DNA of 64,000 bases from Alphaproteobacteria bacterium (GCA_964291285.2 OZ219787.1:1248001-1312000); one strand, 5' to 3'. Counted from the first letter of the stretch, positions 1 through 11,045 are shown. Numbers and translations: made by a program. The notes: generated from the letters alone by a model not told the origin.

Positions 1-258
1 AAGGTTGCGCTGGAGGACGACTATTTCGTCAAGCGCCGGCTTTACCCGAATGTGGACTTCTATTCGGGCATCATCCTGAAAGCGATGGGCTTCCCGGTCT
101 CCATGTTCACGGCGCTGTTCGCGGTCGGCCGGACGGTCGGCTGGATCGCGCAGTGGAACGAGCTGATCGAGGACCCCTCGCAGAAGATCAACCGCCCGCG
201 CCAGCTCTATATGGGCCCCGCCCAGCGGGACTACGTCCCCCTCGCCGACCGGGAATAA
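1..258 (+). CDS. gltA: citrate synthase, C-terminal part (runs off window start)
   Basis: [10 protein letters not shown]...FAVGRTVGW...RPRQLY motifs, open from base 1. Confidence 0.95.
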   Translation, partial: KVALEDDYFVKRRLYPNVDFYSGIILKAMGFPVSMFTALFAVGRTVGWIAQWNELIEDPSQKINRPRQLYMGPAQRDYVPLADRE

Positions 259-272
259 GGCGGGCGCTGCCT

Positions 273-1217
273 CTACCCCCAGGCAAGCTCTGCGAAGGCT
301 TCCAGGCGGCGGATGCAGGTGTCCTCGTCGGGGCTTTCATAGCCGACGATCAGGGTTTCGAGGCCGGCTTCGGCGAAGGCCGCGAGGTCGTCGCGGACAG
401 CGGCCCGGTCGCCGGTGAAGGGGCGGCGGTTGCCCTCGTCGTCCCGCACCGTTTCGCCGGGCATGATCCACATGGCGTAGCAGCTGCCGACGGGCGGCGG
501 CCGCCCGGCTTCTTCCGCGGTTTCCTCCACCTGCGCGAGACCGGCGGCGTAGCGCGCCGGTGTGTCGAACCGCCAGCGCGGGTGGTTGCCGAGCGGATAC
601 CAGGCGTTGCCCAGCCGCCCGGCGCGGCGCCGCGCCGCCGGGCTTTCGCCGCCGACCCAGATCGGCGGATGCGGCTTCTGCGCGGGCTTGGGCGAAAACA
701 GAAGGTTGTCGAAGGCCACATGCTGCCCTGCGTAAGCGGGCGCGGGCTCGGTCCAGAGATTGCGGAAGGCTTCCAGCGTCTCGTTCGCCGCCCGGCCCCG
801 GCTCGCGAATTCCGGGGCATGGGGCAGCAGGGCGAACTCCTCCTGCAGCCAGCCAACGCCGACGCCGAGCGTCAGCCTGCCGCCGGAGAGCACATCGGCC
901 GTCGCCAGCATCTTCGCGGCCAGCATGGGCGGGCGGTGGCCCAGCACCATGACAGAGGTGAGCAGCCGGATGCGCTCGGTCGCGGCCGCGAGGAACCCCA
1001 CCACCGTCACCTGCTCCAGGCATTCGCCGGTATCCTCGGCGAACCAGCGCCCGTCCTTCGTATAGGGATAGGCGGTGCCGGGATTGCGGGCGATCACCAC
1101 ATGGTCGCTGACGCCGAGATAGCCATAGCCGGCGGTCTCCGCGCGCCGGGCCATCCGGCCGAGCGGGCCCGGCTTCCCCGCGGGGCCGCGCAGGCCGAGG
1201 TGAAGTCCGAATTGCAT
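273..1217 (-). CDS. LLM-class (luciferase-like) oxidoreductase, possibly F420-type
   Basis: SDHVV, LSGGRLTLGVGVGW, PKPAQKPHPPIWVGG motifs. Confidence 0.85.
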   Translation of the reverse strand: MQFGLHLGLRGPAGKPGPLGRMARRAETAGYGYLGVSDHVVIARNPGTAYPYTKDGRWFAEDTGECLEQVTVVGFLAAATERIRLLTSVMVLGHRPPMLAAKMLATADVLSGGRLTLGVGVGWLQEEFALLPHAPEFASRGRAANETLEAFRNLWTEPAPAYAGQHVAFDNLLFSPKPAQKPHPPIWVGGESPAARRRAGRLGNAWYPLGNHPRWRFDTPARYAAGLAQVEETAEEAGRPPPVGSCYAMWIMPGETVRDDEGNRRPFTGDRAAVRDDLAAFAEAGLETLIVGYESPDEDTCIRRLEAFAELAWG

Positions 1218-1240
1218 GGGGCTTGGCCTCCCTTGGGCGC

Positions 1241-2500
1241 TCAGATGCTCTTCATGGTCAGCCAGGCGCGGAAGGCGGTCTCGAAGGCGGCGGCGCGCAA
1301 CGGGCGGAGGCGGTCGCTGCCGGCCTCGTGGACCGGGACCGGCGGCGGCTCGCCTCCAAGCGCCGCGTCGGCCATCCAGCGCCCGAGCACCGTGCCGGGG
1401 CCGATGCCGCGCCCGTTATAACCCATCACCGCCCAGAGGCCCGGCGCAGGAGTGAGCAGGCGGGGCAGGTGGTCGCGGGTGAGTGCGATGCGGCCGTGCC
1501 AGGCGCATTCCCAGTCCAGCTTGCCCAGCGCCGGGAACAGCCGGCGCGCCGTCCGGTCGGCCCAGCGTTCGGACAGCCGCCCGGCGAGGCGGCCCATGCT
1601 GCCGAAGATCAGCCGCCCGGCGCGGTCCCGCCGGACCGAGGTCATCACCGGCGCGGTGTCCCACACGCCCTGGCTGCCCGGCATGATGTCCGCGCCTGCT
1701 TGCCCGAGCGGCGTGCTGGCGACCTGGAAATAGTGGATGGGGGTATAGACCGCGTCCGCGCCGAGGCCGCCGCCATAGGCATTGGTCGCAAGCAGCACCC
1801 TGTCCGCGCGCACCCGGCCGCGCGGGGTCTCGACAACCCATCCGGTTCCGCTGGCAGAGAGGCCCGAAACCGGCGTTCCGGCGAATATGCGCGCGCCCGC
1901 ATTGCGCCCGTCCGCGCGGGCGGCGGCATGGGCGAGGCCGCGGGCATAGCCGAGCGGGTTGATGGTGCCGGCCCGCCGGTCGAGCAGCCCGCCGTGGAAG
2001 GCGCGCGTGCCGATGGCCTTTGCGGCCTCGTCGCGGTCGAGCAGTTCCACGGGCGCGCCGAGTGCCGACCAGGCGCCGTGGCGCTCTTCGAGTTCGCGTC
2101 GTCCGGCGGGGCTGTGCGCGGCGTGAATGGTGCCGTTCCGCGTCGCTTCGCATTCGATGCCGTGCCGGTCGATCAGTTCGAACACCCGGTCAGGCGCCTC
2201 CGACAGCGCCGAGACGAGCTGCTCGCCCCTCTCCTTGCCGAGCGCGGCTTCGATCCTGTCGGGCGGCAGCCAGAGGCCGGCATTGACGAGGCCGACATTG
2301 CGCCCCGAGCCGCCATAGCCGATCTCGTTCGCCTCCAGCACGCAGCAGGCAACGCCCTGTTCCGAGAGGCGCAAGGCGGCGGAGAGGCCCGTGAAGCCCG
2401 CGCCGACAATGGCGGTTTCGGTCTCGGTATCGCCGTCCAGCGGCGGGCAGTCGGGCCCCGGCGGCGCCGTCCGGGCCCAGAGTGAATCCAGCCTAGACAA
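1241..2500 (-). CDS. FAD-dependent oxidoreductase (DAO/DadA family)
   Basis: IVGAGFTG Rossmann motif, GGSGRNVG, GYNGRG. Confidence 0.85.
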   Translation of the reverse strand: MSRLDSLWARTAPPGPDCPPLDGDTETETAIVGAGFTGLSAALRLSEQGVACCVLEANEIGYGGSGRNVGLVNAGLWLPPDRIEAALGKERGEQLVSALSEAPDRVFELIDRHGIECEATRNGTIHAAHSPAGRRELEERHGAWSALGAPVELLDRDEAAKAIGTRAFHGGLLDRRAGTINPLGYARGLAHAAARADGRNAGARIFAGTPVSGLSASGTGWVVETPRGRVRADRVLLATNAYGGGLGADAVYTPIHYFQVASTPLGQAGADIMPGSQGVWDTAPVMTSVRRDRAGRLIFGSMGRLAGRLSERWADRTARRLFPALGKLDWECAWHGRIALTRDHLPRLLTPAPGLWAVMGYNGRGIGPGTVLGRWMADAALGGEPPPVPVHEAGSDRLRPLRAAAFETAFRAWLTMKSI

Positions 2501-3659
2501 CCGACAGGTCCGCCGGGTGGCCCATCAGGAAGGCGCCGACCGTGCGGAAGTGGGACTTGCGGCCCTGGAGCTGCTGGGTGACGGAGTGGAGGTCCCGGAA
2601 ACGCCGCTCGAAGGCCGCTTCGGCGAAGATGGCGCTGGCGCCCGCCGCATCGTAGAGCATGTCGGCGGCGGTCTTCGCCTCGTGGATGGCGAAGGTGGAA
2701 GCAAGGCGGATGCGGATCCGGTCCGCAATTTCCAGCCGGCCCGCCTTCTGCGTGGCCGTCCAGATGTCCTCCACTTCGGACAGCACGAAGGCGCGCGCCG
2801 AGCGGATGCGGGCGACGGCCTGCGCGGTCTCGTACTGGACGAGATCGTTGTTCGCCAGGCGCGACCTGTGGAGGCGGGGGGTCTTGTCCTGCGCCAGCGC
2901 CATGAAGGCGTCCAGCACACCTTGCGCGATGCCGAGCGCGGTGCCGGCGAAACCCATGGCATACATGTTCATGCTGAGGAAAAGGTAGAGCGGCGCCTCG
3001 TACTGGCGGTAGTCGGCCTCGTCCCGCACGGTCGTAAAGGCCGCCGGCACGAAGCGGTCCTTCAGCGTGTAACCGTCGCTCGCCGTGCCCCGCAGGCCGA
3101 TCGTGTCCCAGATGTCCTCGATCTCGATGCTGGACGCCGGCATCAGGAAGGTGCGGATGAGCGGGGAGCCGTCGGGCATGCGCTGGCGCTCGCCGCTCTC
3201 GTCCACGACCGGCATGTGTGCGCCAAGCCAGGTTGCATGGCGGGCGCCGCTGGCAAACGCGATCTTCGCATCGATCCGGTATCCGCCCCCGGCCTCGCGC
3301 GCCTCGGCGGGTCCCGGCCCCCAGGCGAGCACGGCGGCAGGGTCTCCGCCCCACATTTCCCCGGCAATCTCCGGAGCCAGATAGGCGGCCGCCATGGCGC
3401 AGCCGTTCGCCTGGCAGAGGCACCAGGCGGTGCTGCCGTCATGGCGCGCGACTTCCGAGATCGTCTTGAAGAAGGTCGGCGGGGGCGTCTCCAGCCCGCC
3501 ATAGGGCTTCGGCAGCAGCATCCGGAACAATTTGTGCTCGTGCAGCGTTTCGAGCAGGCCGGGTGTCAGCCGCCGCCGTTGGTCGATCTCCGGCGCTGCC
3601 GCCTCTATTTCGGAGCCGATACCGCGCACGGCATCGAGCACATTGTCCGGGCGGGACAT
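2493..3659 (-). CDS. acyl-CoA dehydrogenase-fold flavin-dependent monooxygenase (HsaA-like)
   Basis: WDTIGLRGTASD, FERRFRD motifs; ATG at 3659 overlaps upstream stop (TGATG). Confidence 0.8.
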   Translation of the reverse strand: MSRPDNVLDAVRGIGSEIEAAAPEIDQRRRLTPGLLETLHEHKLFRMLLPKPYGGLETPPPTFFKTISEVARHDGSTAWCLCQANGCAMAAAYLAPEIAGEMWGGDPAAVLAWGPGPAEAREAGGGYRIDAKIAFASGARHATWLGAHMPVVDESGERQRMPDGSPLIRTFLMPASSIEIEDIWDTIGLRGTASDGYTLKDRFVPAAFTTVRDEADYRQYEAPLYLFLSMNMYAMGFAGTALGIAQGVLDAFMALAQDKTPRLHRSRLANNDLVQYETAQAVARIRSARAFVLSEVEDIWTATQKAGRLEIADRIRIRLASTFAIHEAKTAADMLYDAAGASAIFAEAAFERRFRDLHSVTQQLQGRKSHFRTVGAFLMGHPADLSVV

Positions 3660-4738
3660 CAGAACATGATGACGCTGCGCGCCACGCTGCCGGACTTCAT
3701 GTCGTCGAAGGCCTGGTTGATGTCCTTGAGCTCGATGCGCTGCGAGATCATCTCGTCGAGGCGCAGCTTGCCGTTGAGGTAGAAATCGACCAGGCGGGGC
3801 ATGTCCACCCGGAACCGGTTGGAGCCCATGGTCGAGCCCTGGATGCGCTTCTCGCGCAGGAACTCCGGCCCGTGCAGCTCGATCTTGGTGCCGACCGGAA
3901 TCATGCCGACGATCGTCGCCGTGCCGCCTGGCCGGATCATGCCGAAGGCGTTCTCGGAGGTCGATTTGAGCCCGATGCACTCGATGGCGTGGTGGACGCC
4001 GCCGCCCGTGATCTCCCGCACCTCGCCGACCATGTCCTGTTCCGTGGCGTCGATCACATGCGTCGCGCCGAACTCCTTGGCGAGGTTGAGCTTGGAGCCG
4101 ACCGTGTCGATGGCGATGATGCGCCCGGCGCCCGCGATGGCCGCGCCGTTGACGGCCGAGAGGCCGACGCCGCCGCAGCCGATGATCGCCACATCCATGC
4201 CGGGCTCCACCTTCGCGGTGTGGAAGACGGCGCCCACGCCCGTCATCACGCCGCAGCCGATGAGCGCGGCGCGGTCGAGCGGCATGTCCTCGCGCACCTT
4301 CACCAGCGCATGCTCGTGCACCAGCATCATCTCGGCATAGGAGGAGAGGTTGGCGAACTGCGTCATCGGCGCGCCGCCCTTGGCGAGCCGCGGCTCCTCG
4401 TCCGGGCGGCGCTGAAGGTCCGGGTTGTCGCAGAGCGACATATGGCCGGTCAGGCAGTATTCGCACTCGCCGCAGAAGGCGGAGAGGCAGGTGATGATGT
4501 GGTCGCCCTTCTTCACATAGGTGACCTGCTCGCCGACTTCCTCGACGATGCCCGCGCTCTCGTGGCCCAGCACGATGGGCAGCTTCGCCGGGTAGAGGCC
4601 CTCGACGAAATGGAGGTCGGAGTGACAGACGCCCGCCGCCACGGTGCGCACCAGCACCTCGCGCGGGCCCGGCTTGGAGATCTCCACCTCCTCGATCTCG
4701 AGCGGCTTGCCGACTTCGCGGAATACGGCGGCTTTCAT
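3659..4738 (-). CDS. Zn-dependent alcohol dehydrogenase
   Basis: GVCHSD, GHE, CGECEYC...C, GCGGVG. Confidence 0.9.
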   Translation of the reverse strand: MKAAVFREVGKPLEIEEVEISKPGPREVLVRTVAAGVCHSDLHFVEGLYPAKLPIVLGHESAGIVEEVGEQVTYVKKGDHIITCLSAFCGECEYCLTGHMSLCDNPDLQRRPDEEPRLAKGGAPMTQFANLSSYAEMMLVHEHALVKVREDMPLDRAALIGCGVMTGVGAVFHTAKVEPGMDVAIIGCGGVGLSAVNGAAIAGAGRIIAIDTVGSKLNLAKEFGATHVIDATEQDMVGEVREITGGGVHHAIECIGLKSTSENAFGMIRPGGTATIVGMIPVGTKIELHGPEFLREKRIQGSTMGSNRFRVDMPRLVDFYLNGKLRLDEMISQRIELKDINQAFDDMKSGSVARSVIMF

Positions 4739-4808
4739 GGGCGTCGTCCCCTCCGGATGGTCCCCTGTCCTCAGGGGCGATGATGCCCCAGGCCGGGCGC
4801 CGGGGGAA

Positions 4809-5828
4809 TCAGTTCTTGGAGCGGTCCACCAGCGCGTTCTCCGCGATCCACGGCATCATGCCGCGCAGGCGCGCGCCGACCTCCTCCACCGGGTGCTCTG
4901 CCGCGCGCCGGCGCATGGCCTTGAAGCTCGCCTGCCCGGCGGCGTTCTCCAGCACCCATTCGCGCGCGAAGGCGCCGGACTGGATTTCGTCCAGAATGGT
5001 CTTCATGCGCGCCTTCACGCCGGCGTCCACGACGCGGGGTCCGCGGCTGTAGTCGCCGTATTCCGCCGTGTTGGAGACCGAATAGCGCATCTGCGCGAGG
5101 CCACCCTCATAGATGAGGTCCACGATCAGCTTCACCTCATGGACGCATTCGAAATAGGCCATTTCAGGCGCGTAGCCGGCCTCGCAGAGCGTCTCGTAGC
5201 CCGCCTGGATCAGCGAGGTGATGCCGCCGCAGAGCACGGTCTGCTCGCCGAACAGGTCGGTCTCGCACTCCTCCTTCATGGTCGTCTCGATGACGCCGGC
5301 CCGGCCCGCGCCCAGGCCGCAGGCATAAGAGAGGCCGAGCTCCTGGCAGTTGCCGGAGGCGTCCCGGTGGACGGCGAGCAGGCTCGGCACGCCGGCGCCG
5401 CGCACATATTCGGAGCGCACGAGGTGGCCCGGGCCCTTGGGCGCGACCATGAACACGTCGAGGTCGGCGCGCGGCTCGACGAGGTTGAAGTGGATCGAGA
5501 GCCCGTGCGCGACGGCGAGCGCCGCACCTTCCTTCATATTGCCGGCGAGGTCGCCGGAATAGAGCGCCGAGTGGCCCTCGTCCGGGGTGAGCATCATCAC
5601 GACATCGGCGGTCCGTGCCGCAGCGTCGGGCGTCATCACCGTAAAGCCGGCGCCTTCGGCCTTGGGTCGGCTGCCGGAGCCCTCGCGCAGGCCGACGATG
5701 ACGTTCTCGACGCCGCTTTCCCGCAGGTTGTTGGCGTGGGCATGGCCCTGGCTGCCATAGCCCAGTATGGCGACGGTCCGCGACTTGATGAGGTTGAGGT
5801 CGGCGTCGCGATCGTAATAGACGCGCAT
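4809..5828 (-). CDS. ilvC: ketol-acid reductoisomerase
   Basis: [25 protein letters not shown]. Confidence 0.97.
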   Translation of the reverse strand: MRVYYDRDADLNLIKSRTVAILGYGSQGHAHANNLRESGVENVIVGLREGSGSRPKAEGAGFTVMTPDAAARTADVVMMLTPDEGHSALYSGDLAGNMKEGAALAVAHGLSIHFNLVEPRADLDVFMVAPKGPGHLVRSEYVRGAGVPSLLAVHRDASGNCQELGLSYACGLGAGRAGVIETTMKEECETDLFGEQTVLCGGITSLIQAGYETLCEAGYAPEMAYFECVHEVKLIVDLIYEGGLAQMRYSVSNTAEYGDYSRGPRVVDAGVKARMKTILDEIQSGAFAREWVLENAAGQASFKAMRRRAAEHPVEEVGARLRGMMPWIAENALVDRSKN

Positions 5829-5871
5829 GGGGCGGGCTTCCTTTCTGTCGTCGTGTCTCTTTCGCAGGCGT

Positions 5872-6387
5872 TCACATGCCTTCGGCGCCGCGGGCGATGG
5901 CGACGACGCCGGTGCGGGCGAGGTCGGCCATGCCGAGCGGGCGCATCAGGTCGATGAAGGCGTCGATCTTCTCGGTCGAGCCGGTGACCTCGAAGACGAA
6001 GGAGCGGTGGGTGCTGTCCACCACGCGGGCGCGGAAGATGTCGGCGATGCGCAGCGCCTCGATACGCCGGGCGCCGCCGCCCGCGACCTTGACCAGCACC
6101 AGCTCCCGCTCGACATGCGGTCCTTCCTGGGTGAGGTCGGACACGCGGTGGACGGGCACAAGCCTGCCCAGTTGGGCTTTGATCTGCTCCAGCACCATCA
6201 GCGTCCCGGACGTGACGATGGTGATGCGCGAAAGATGGCCGGTCGGGTCGGTCTCGGCGACGGTCAGGCTCTCGATATTGTAGCCGCGGCCCGAGAACAG
6301 GCCGATGACGCGCGCCAGCACGCCGGGCTCGTTGTCCACGACCACGGCGAAGATTCGCCTTTCCTGCTGGTGCTCCGTGGCGGCCAA
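5872..6387 (-). CDS. ilvN: acetolactate synthase small subunit
   Basis: [23 protein letters not shown]; synteny. Confidence 0.95.
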   Translation of the reverse strand: MAATEHQQERRIFAVVVDNEPGVLARVIGLFSGRGYNIESLTVAETDPTGHLSRITIVTSGTLMVLEQIKAQLGRLVPVHRVSDLTQEGPHVERELVLVKVAGGGARRIEALRIADIFRARVVDSTHRSFVFEVTGSTEKIDAFIDLMRPLGMADLARTGVVAIARGAEGM

Positions 6388-6431
6388 TTGGGTCTCTCCT
6401 CGCGCCGGGCGGCCGGAAGTCAGGGCCGATC

Positions 6432-8195
6432 CTAGACGAGGACCATGCCTTCGGCGTCGATCTTTGCTTCCGGCTCTTCCGTGCCGCTCAGGATCATCTC
6501 GTTATGCGCCTTGCCCGATGGAATCATCGGGAAGCAGTTTTCCATCTGCGCGACCTGTACATCGACGATCACGGGGCCGTCGGCGGCGATCATGGCGTCG
6601 ATTACGCCGTCCATCTCCTCAGGGCGTTCCGCGCGCAGCCCTGTCCAGCCGAAGGCTTCGGCGAGGCGCACGAAGTCCGGCAGGCTGTCCGTGTAGCTCT
6701 CGGAATAGCGCTCGCCATGCAGCAGCTCCTGCCACTGGCGCACCATGCCCATCCACTGGTTGTTCAGGATGAAGAGCTTGACCGGCAGCCGGTATTGCGA
6801 GGCGGTGGAAAGCTCCTGGATGTTCATCAGGATGGACGCCTCGCCGGCGACATCGATCACCAGCGCGTCCGGGTGGGCGACCTGTACGCCGATGGCGGCC
6901 GGCAGCCCGTAGCCCATCGTGCCGAGGCCGCCCGAGGTCATCCAGTGGTTCGGGCGCTCGAAACGGAGGAACTGCGCGGCCCACATCTGGTGCTGGCCGA
7001 CCTCCGTGGTGAAGAACACGTCGTTGCGGCCTGCGATCTTCGCCTGCAGGCGCTCGAGCGCATATTGCGGTTTGATGACCTTGTCGTCCTGCTCGTATTT
7101 CAGGCAGTCGCGCTTGCGCCATTTGGCGATCTCGCGCCACCATTTTTTGACCGCGCGGTAGTCCGTTCGCCCGCCGCGCGCCGACCAGCGCCGCCGGATC
7201 GCCTCGACCGCCTTGCCCGCATCCGCCACCACCGGCACATCGACCACGACGTTCTTGTTGATCGAGGACGGGTCGATGTCGATATGCACCTTCTTCGCGT
7301 GCGGGGCGAAGCCGGAGAGGAGGCCGGTCACCCGGTCGTCGAAGCGCGCGCCGACGGCGAGGATGAGGTCCGCGCCGTGCATGGCGAGGTTGGCCTCGTA
7401 GAGGCCGTGCATGCCGAGCATCCCGATGGACTGCGGATGCGAGGCCGGGAAGGCGCCGAGCCCCATCAGCGTCTGCGTGCAGGGAAAGCCGGTCTCCTGC
7501 ACCAGGCGGAGCAGCGCGCGCGCCGCGGCCGGTCCCGAATTAATCACGCCGCCGCCGACATACACCACCGGCCGCTTCGCGGTCTCGATCAGGGCCACGG
7601 CCTCTTCCACCGCCTGCGGCTCGGGGCGCGTGCGCGGCTTGTAGCTGCGGTGCTTCACCTCTTCCGGCGGCCGGTAGGCGCCGGCGGCGAATTGCACGTC
7701 CTTCGGCACATCCACCACCACCGGCCCCGGCCGGCCGCTGCGCGCGACATAGAACGCCTCATGAATCGTCGAGGCGACTTCGTCCACGCTCCTTATGAGG
7801 TAGTTGTGCTTGGTGCAGGGCCGGGTGATGCCGGTCGTGTCGGCTTCCTGGAAGGCGTCGTTGCCGATGAGGTGCGTCGGCACCTGGCCGGTCAGGCAGA
7901 CGACGGGAATGCTGTCCATGAGCGCGTCGGTGAGGCCGGTCACCGCATTGGTCGCGCCCGGCCCGGAGGTCACGAGCACGACGCCGACCTTGCCGGTCGA
8001 GCGGGCATAGCCTTCTGCGGCATGGACCGCGCCGCCTTCCTGGCGGACGAGGTAGTGGCGCAGCCGGTTCTGCTTGAAGATCTCGTCATAGATCGGCAGC
8101 ACGGCGCCGCCCGGATAGCCGAAGACCGCCTCGACACCCTGATCGACGAGGGCTTTGACGATCATTTCGGCGCCGTTCATGGTCCTGGCGGTCAT
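6432..8195 (-). CDS. ilvB: acetolactate synthase large subunit
   Basis: [26 protein letters not shown]-binding motif. Confidence 0.96.
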   Translation of the reverse strand: MTARTMNGAEMIVKALVDQGVEAVFGYPGGAVLPIYDEIFKQNRLRHYLVRQEGGAVHAAEGYARSTGKVGVVLVTSGPGATNAVTGLTDALMDSIPVVCLTGQVPTHLIGNDAFQEADTTGITRPCTKHNYLIRSVDEVASTIHEAFYVARSGRPGPVVVDVPKDVQFAAGAYRPPEEVKHRSYKPRTRPEPQAVEEAVALIETAKRPVVYVGGGVINSGPAAARALLRLVQETGFPCTQTLMGLGAFPASHPQSIGMLGMHGLYEANLAMHGADLILAVGARFDDRVTGLLSGFAPHAKKVHIDIDPSSINKNVVVDVPVVADAGKAVEAIRRRWSARGGRTDYRAVKKWWREIAKWRKRDCLKYEQDDKVIKPQYALERLQAKIAGRNDVFFTTEVGQHQMWAAQFLRFERPNHWMTSGGLGTMGYGLPAAIGVQVAHPDALVIDVAGEASILMNIQELSTASQYRLPVKLFILNNQWMGMVRQWQELLHGERYSESYTDSLPDFVRLAEAFGWTGLRAERPEEMDGVIDAMIAADGPVIVDVQVAQMENCFPMIPSGKAHNEMILSGTEEPEAKIDAEGMVLV

Positions 8196-8535
8196 GGGCC
8201 TGTTTTCCGCATTCCGGGAGGGAGCGCGACCCTAATCTGCGTCAAACCGCCGGTCAACAGGCGGGAAGACGGCGCTCCGGATGAGGAAATCGCGCCGGAG
8301 AAGGCTTGCAGCCACGAGTTTCCGACCGGGCGGGCAAGCTGGGGCGGTCTCCGTAGGCAACAGTGATATAAGTTGTTTGTTCGAAAAATAATGAAATAAT
8401 TCTACTTTTGTATCTGAATTAAAAATAATCGTGATAGAACAGGGCAGCAGGAGACGGGGCAAGGGTCGTGCAATGCAAACGACTGTCGCCTGGCGTGGGG
8501 CCGGTAAATTTCAGGTGCCTTCTTCGTCGTTCGGG

Positions 8536-9162
8536 TCAACATCGGCTGGGAAGGGCCTCGCCGCCGTAGAGCCTCAGGAACTTGACGGCGGCCTGTCTTG
8601 CCCGTGTCTCGATTTCCCCGGCGTCCGGAATATCGACGACCCCGAGCAGGCGTCGGACCTGCTTGTCTCCCAGCAACAGTCCCAGGAACGTCTCTGCCGC
8701 TTCCCACGGGTCGTCGAAGTCCAGCAGGTTGCGTCTGCGGCATCGTTCGAGATACCGGACGAAGAACGGCTGGGTCGCCTCGCGGCCTGTCTCCACCAAT
8801 ATGCGCGCCAGCACCGGCTCCGAGCGCGCCTCGGAAATTGCAGCGCGGTTGATGGCGACGGCGCCATCGCCCAGAAGGAGGCCGGCGAGCGCCCGGCCGA
8901 CATCGGCAAGAGCCTCATCTACCGGCGCGTCGCCGTCCAGATGCGCTTCGAGCACGGTGCGCACAGTATCCGCGTTGCGGCGAATGACTGCCTGGAAGAG
9001 TCCGGACTTGTTTCCGAACCAGGCATACAGCGTTTCCTTCGACGCCGAGACCCGCCGGGCGACCTCCAGCATTGTGGTGTCGCGGTAGCCTTTTTCGCGA
9101 AGGATGGCGGTGGCGGTATCGAGGATGACGTCGCGTCGCTGCGCGCGGTCAGGCTCCTTCAT
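8536..9162 (-). CDS. TetR/AcrR family regulator
   Basis: N-terminal HTH ...VARRVSASKETLYAWFGNK. Confidence 0.9.
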   Translation of the reverse strand: MKEPDRAQRRDVILDTATAILREKGYRDTTMLEVARRVSASKETLYAWFGNKSGLFQAVIRRNADTVRTVLEAHLDGDAPVDEALADVGRALAGLLLGDGAVAINRAAISEARSEPVLARILVETGREATQPFFVRYLERCRRRNLLDFDDPWEAAETFLGLLLGDKQVRRLLGVVDIPDAGEIETRARQAAVKFLRLYGGEALPSRC

Positions 9163-9186
9163 GTCCGAACATCCGTAATTTCACGG

Positions 9187-9242
9187 TTGACATATCCGAA
9201 CCCATCGGTACGGTATTGTCAAACCGAACCGGTGGGTTCGGA
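9187..9242. promoter_or_regulatory. divergent promoters with twin TetR-type operators
   Basis: 20-bp inverted arms 9195-9214 and 9223-9242 (18/20 match); TTGACA at 9187 (+) and 9217-9222 (-). Confidence 0.7.
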
Positions 9243-9261
9243 CATCACTGTGAGGCGCAAG

Positions 9262-9675
9262 ATGCAGGAGCAGACAAACAGGAACCGGGCCACAGACGGC
9301 TATACCGCGGCAGCGGTCGCGGCGCTTCTGGTGCTTACGGGTGCCATGCTGCTGGCCATGTTCACCCGCACCGAGCCTCACCCGCCGCTGGAGGTCGAGC
9401 CCTTCGCGCTCGGGCCTTTCCTTGCCGCGTCGCTGGCGACAGGAGCGGCGGCCTACGCCCTTGCGGTCCGCGGCGCCCGGTTCGCCATGGCGGTCGCGCT
9501 CCTGTTCGCGCTGACGGCGCTGGTGTCCTACGGCCCGCAAAAGTATGTCGATCCTGCGTTTCCCAGGATCTGGCCTGCAGTGATTGTGGCCCAACTCTCG
9601 ATTGCGGTGATCTTGTGCCGGGCGGTCTGTCTGGCGATTCGACGGATGCGCCCTGCCGGCGGTAGCGACGCGTAA
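9262..9675 (+). CDS. hypothetical membrane protein (about 4 TM)
   Basis: hydrophobic segments; divergent from TetR; stop overlaps next ATG. Confidence 0.65.
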   Translation: MQEQTNRNRATDGYTAAAVAALLVLTGAMLLAMFTRTEPHPPLEVEPFALGPFLAASLATGAAAYALAVRGARFAMAVALLFALTALVSYGPQKYVDPAFPRIWPAVIVAQLSIAVILCRAVCLAIRRMRPAGGSDA

Positions 9676-10216
9676 TGTCGAAAGCAACGCGGCAAGGCTA
9701 TGGTGGCGGCATCGAACCGGCGACGCCGCTCGCCTTCCTGTCGTTCCTGTTTTCGGGGGCGATGTTCGGGTTCTTCTTCGCCTGGGTGTGTTCGACCATG
9801 TGGGGGCTGGACGCCGCGGACCCCAATACCGCCATCGCCGCTATGCAGGCCATGAATGCGAGCGTGCGCAACTGGGTCTTCGCGCCGGCTTTTTTCGGTA
9901 CGCCCGTGCTGCTGATGTTCACGGCGCTGGCCGCCCTGAGGGTCGGGAAGCGGCAGGCCGCAACCGGCTTCGCGCTCGCCGGCCTCCTTTATGTGCTGGG
10001 CGCGATGGTCCCGACGATGTGCCGTTGAACGAGGCGCTGGCGCTGGTCGAGACGCCGCTCCACCCCGCGGAAGCCGGGGAAGCGTGGCGGGCCTATTCCG
10101 GGCCCTGGCAGGTCTGGAACGCCGTTCGTGCCTTGGCTGCAGGCTTCGTCCTCGCGCTGGCGGGCTGGAGCCTTCGGGGCACGGGTGCCCTTCCGGTCAG
10201 GCGCGCCGGCGGATGA
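9675..10216 (+). pseudogene. DUF1772/anthrone oxygenase-like membrane protein, frameshifted near 10020
   Basis: AMQAMN..V in frame 9675-10028; VPLNEAL...W..WN.VR in another frame to 10216. Confidence 0.7.
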
Positions 10217-11045
10217 GCCAGACGCCGGCCATGGCGAGCGCGAAACCGGGCCACATGGCGGCGGGAAGGTCCTCGCCGAGAAGGGCCCAGGCGAGCAGCG
10301 CGGTCACCCCCGGGATCAGGTAGAAGTTGGATGCGGCGCGCCCCGCCTCGCCGTGGCGGAGCATGTAGAGCAGCAGCGCCATGGCGCCGAGCGAGACGCC
10401 GAAAGTGAGATAGGCGAGCGCGGCGACCATGCCGGGCGTCCACACGGCATGCGGCGTCTCGAACGCCCAGGTGAACGCCCATGCCGTGACCGCCGCCGAT
10501 GCGAGCTGCACCGTATTGGCCCCGATGAGCGGCGCCTCCCGGCAGAAGCGCGCATGGTAGAGCGTGCCGGCGGCAAGCGCGGCGATGGAGCCGACGGCCC
10601 AGGCGATGCCCGCCGGGCGACCGAGGTCGAAGGCGCCGATGCCTGCAACCAGCGCGACGCCGCACGCGCCGAGCAGGAAGCCCGCCCATTGCCGGCCCCG
10701 GAAGCGTTCGCCGAGCAGCGGGCCGGCGGCGAGCGCCGTCGCGATCGGGTGCAGCGCGCCGATCAGCGCCATGGTGGCGCCGCGGATTTCGGTCATGGCG
10801 AGATAGGCGCCGCCCAGATAGACGGCATTGATGACGGCGCCCGAGAACGCCAGATGGGCGAGCACCGGGAGGCCCGGCCGCCAGTTCCGCATCAGGAAGG
10901 CCGCGGCGACCGCCAGCACCGCTGCCGCGACGGTGAAGCGGATCGCCAGGAAATAGAACGGCGTGATGTCCGGCAGGCCGGCGCGGACCGCGACGAATGC
11001 GCCGCTCCAGATCAGGACGAAGAGGAACGGGGCGAGGCGGGTCAG
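10197..11045 (-). CDS. DMT/EamA family transporter
   Basis: LFVLIWSGAF, ~10 TM, LLGE; start probably CTG overlapping upstream stop. Confidence 0.85.
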   Translation of the reverse strand: MTRLAPFLFVLIWSGAFVAVRAGLPDITPFYFLAIRFTVAAAVLAVAAAFLMRNWRPGLPVLAHLAFSGAVINAVYLGGAYLAMTEIRGATMALIGALHPIATALAAGPLLGERFRGRQWAGFLLGACGVALVAGIGAFDLGRPAGIAWAVGSIAALAAGTLYHARFCREAPLIGANTVQLASAAVTAWAFTWAFETPHAVWTPGMVAALAYLTFGVSLGAMALLLYMLRHGEAGRAASNFYLIPGVTALLAWALLGEDLPAAMWPGFALAMAGVWLIRRRA

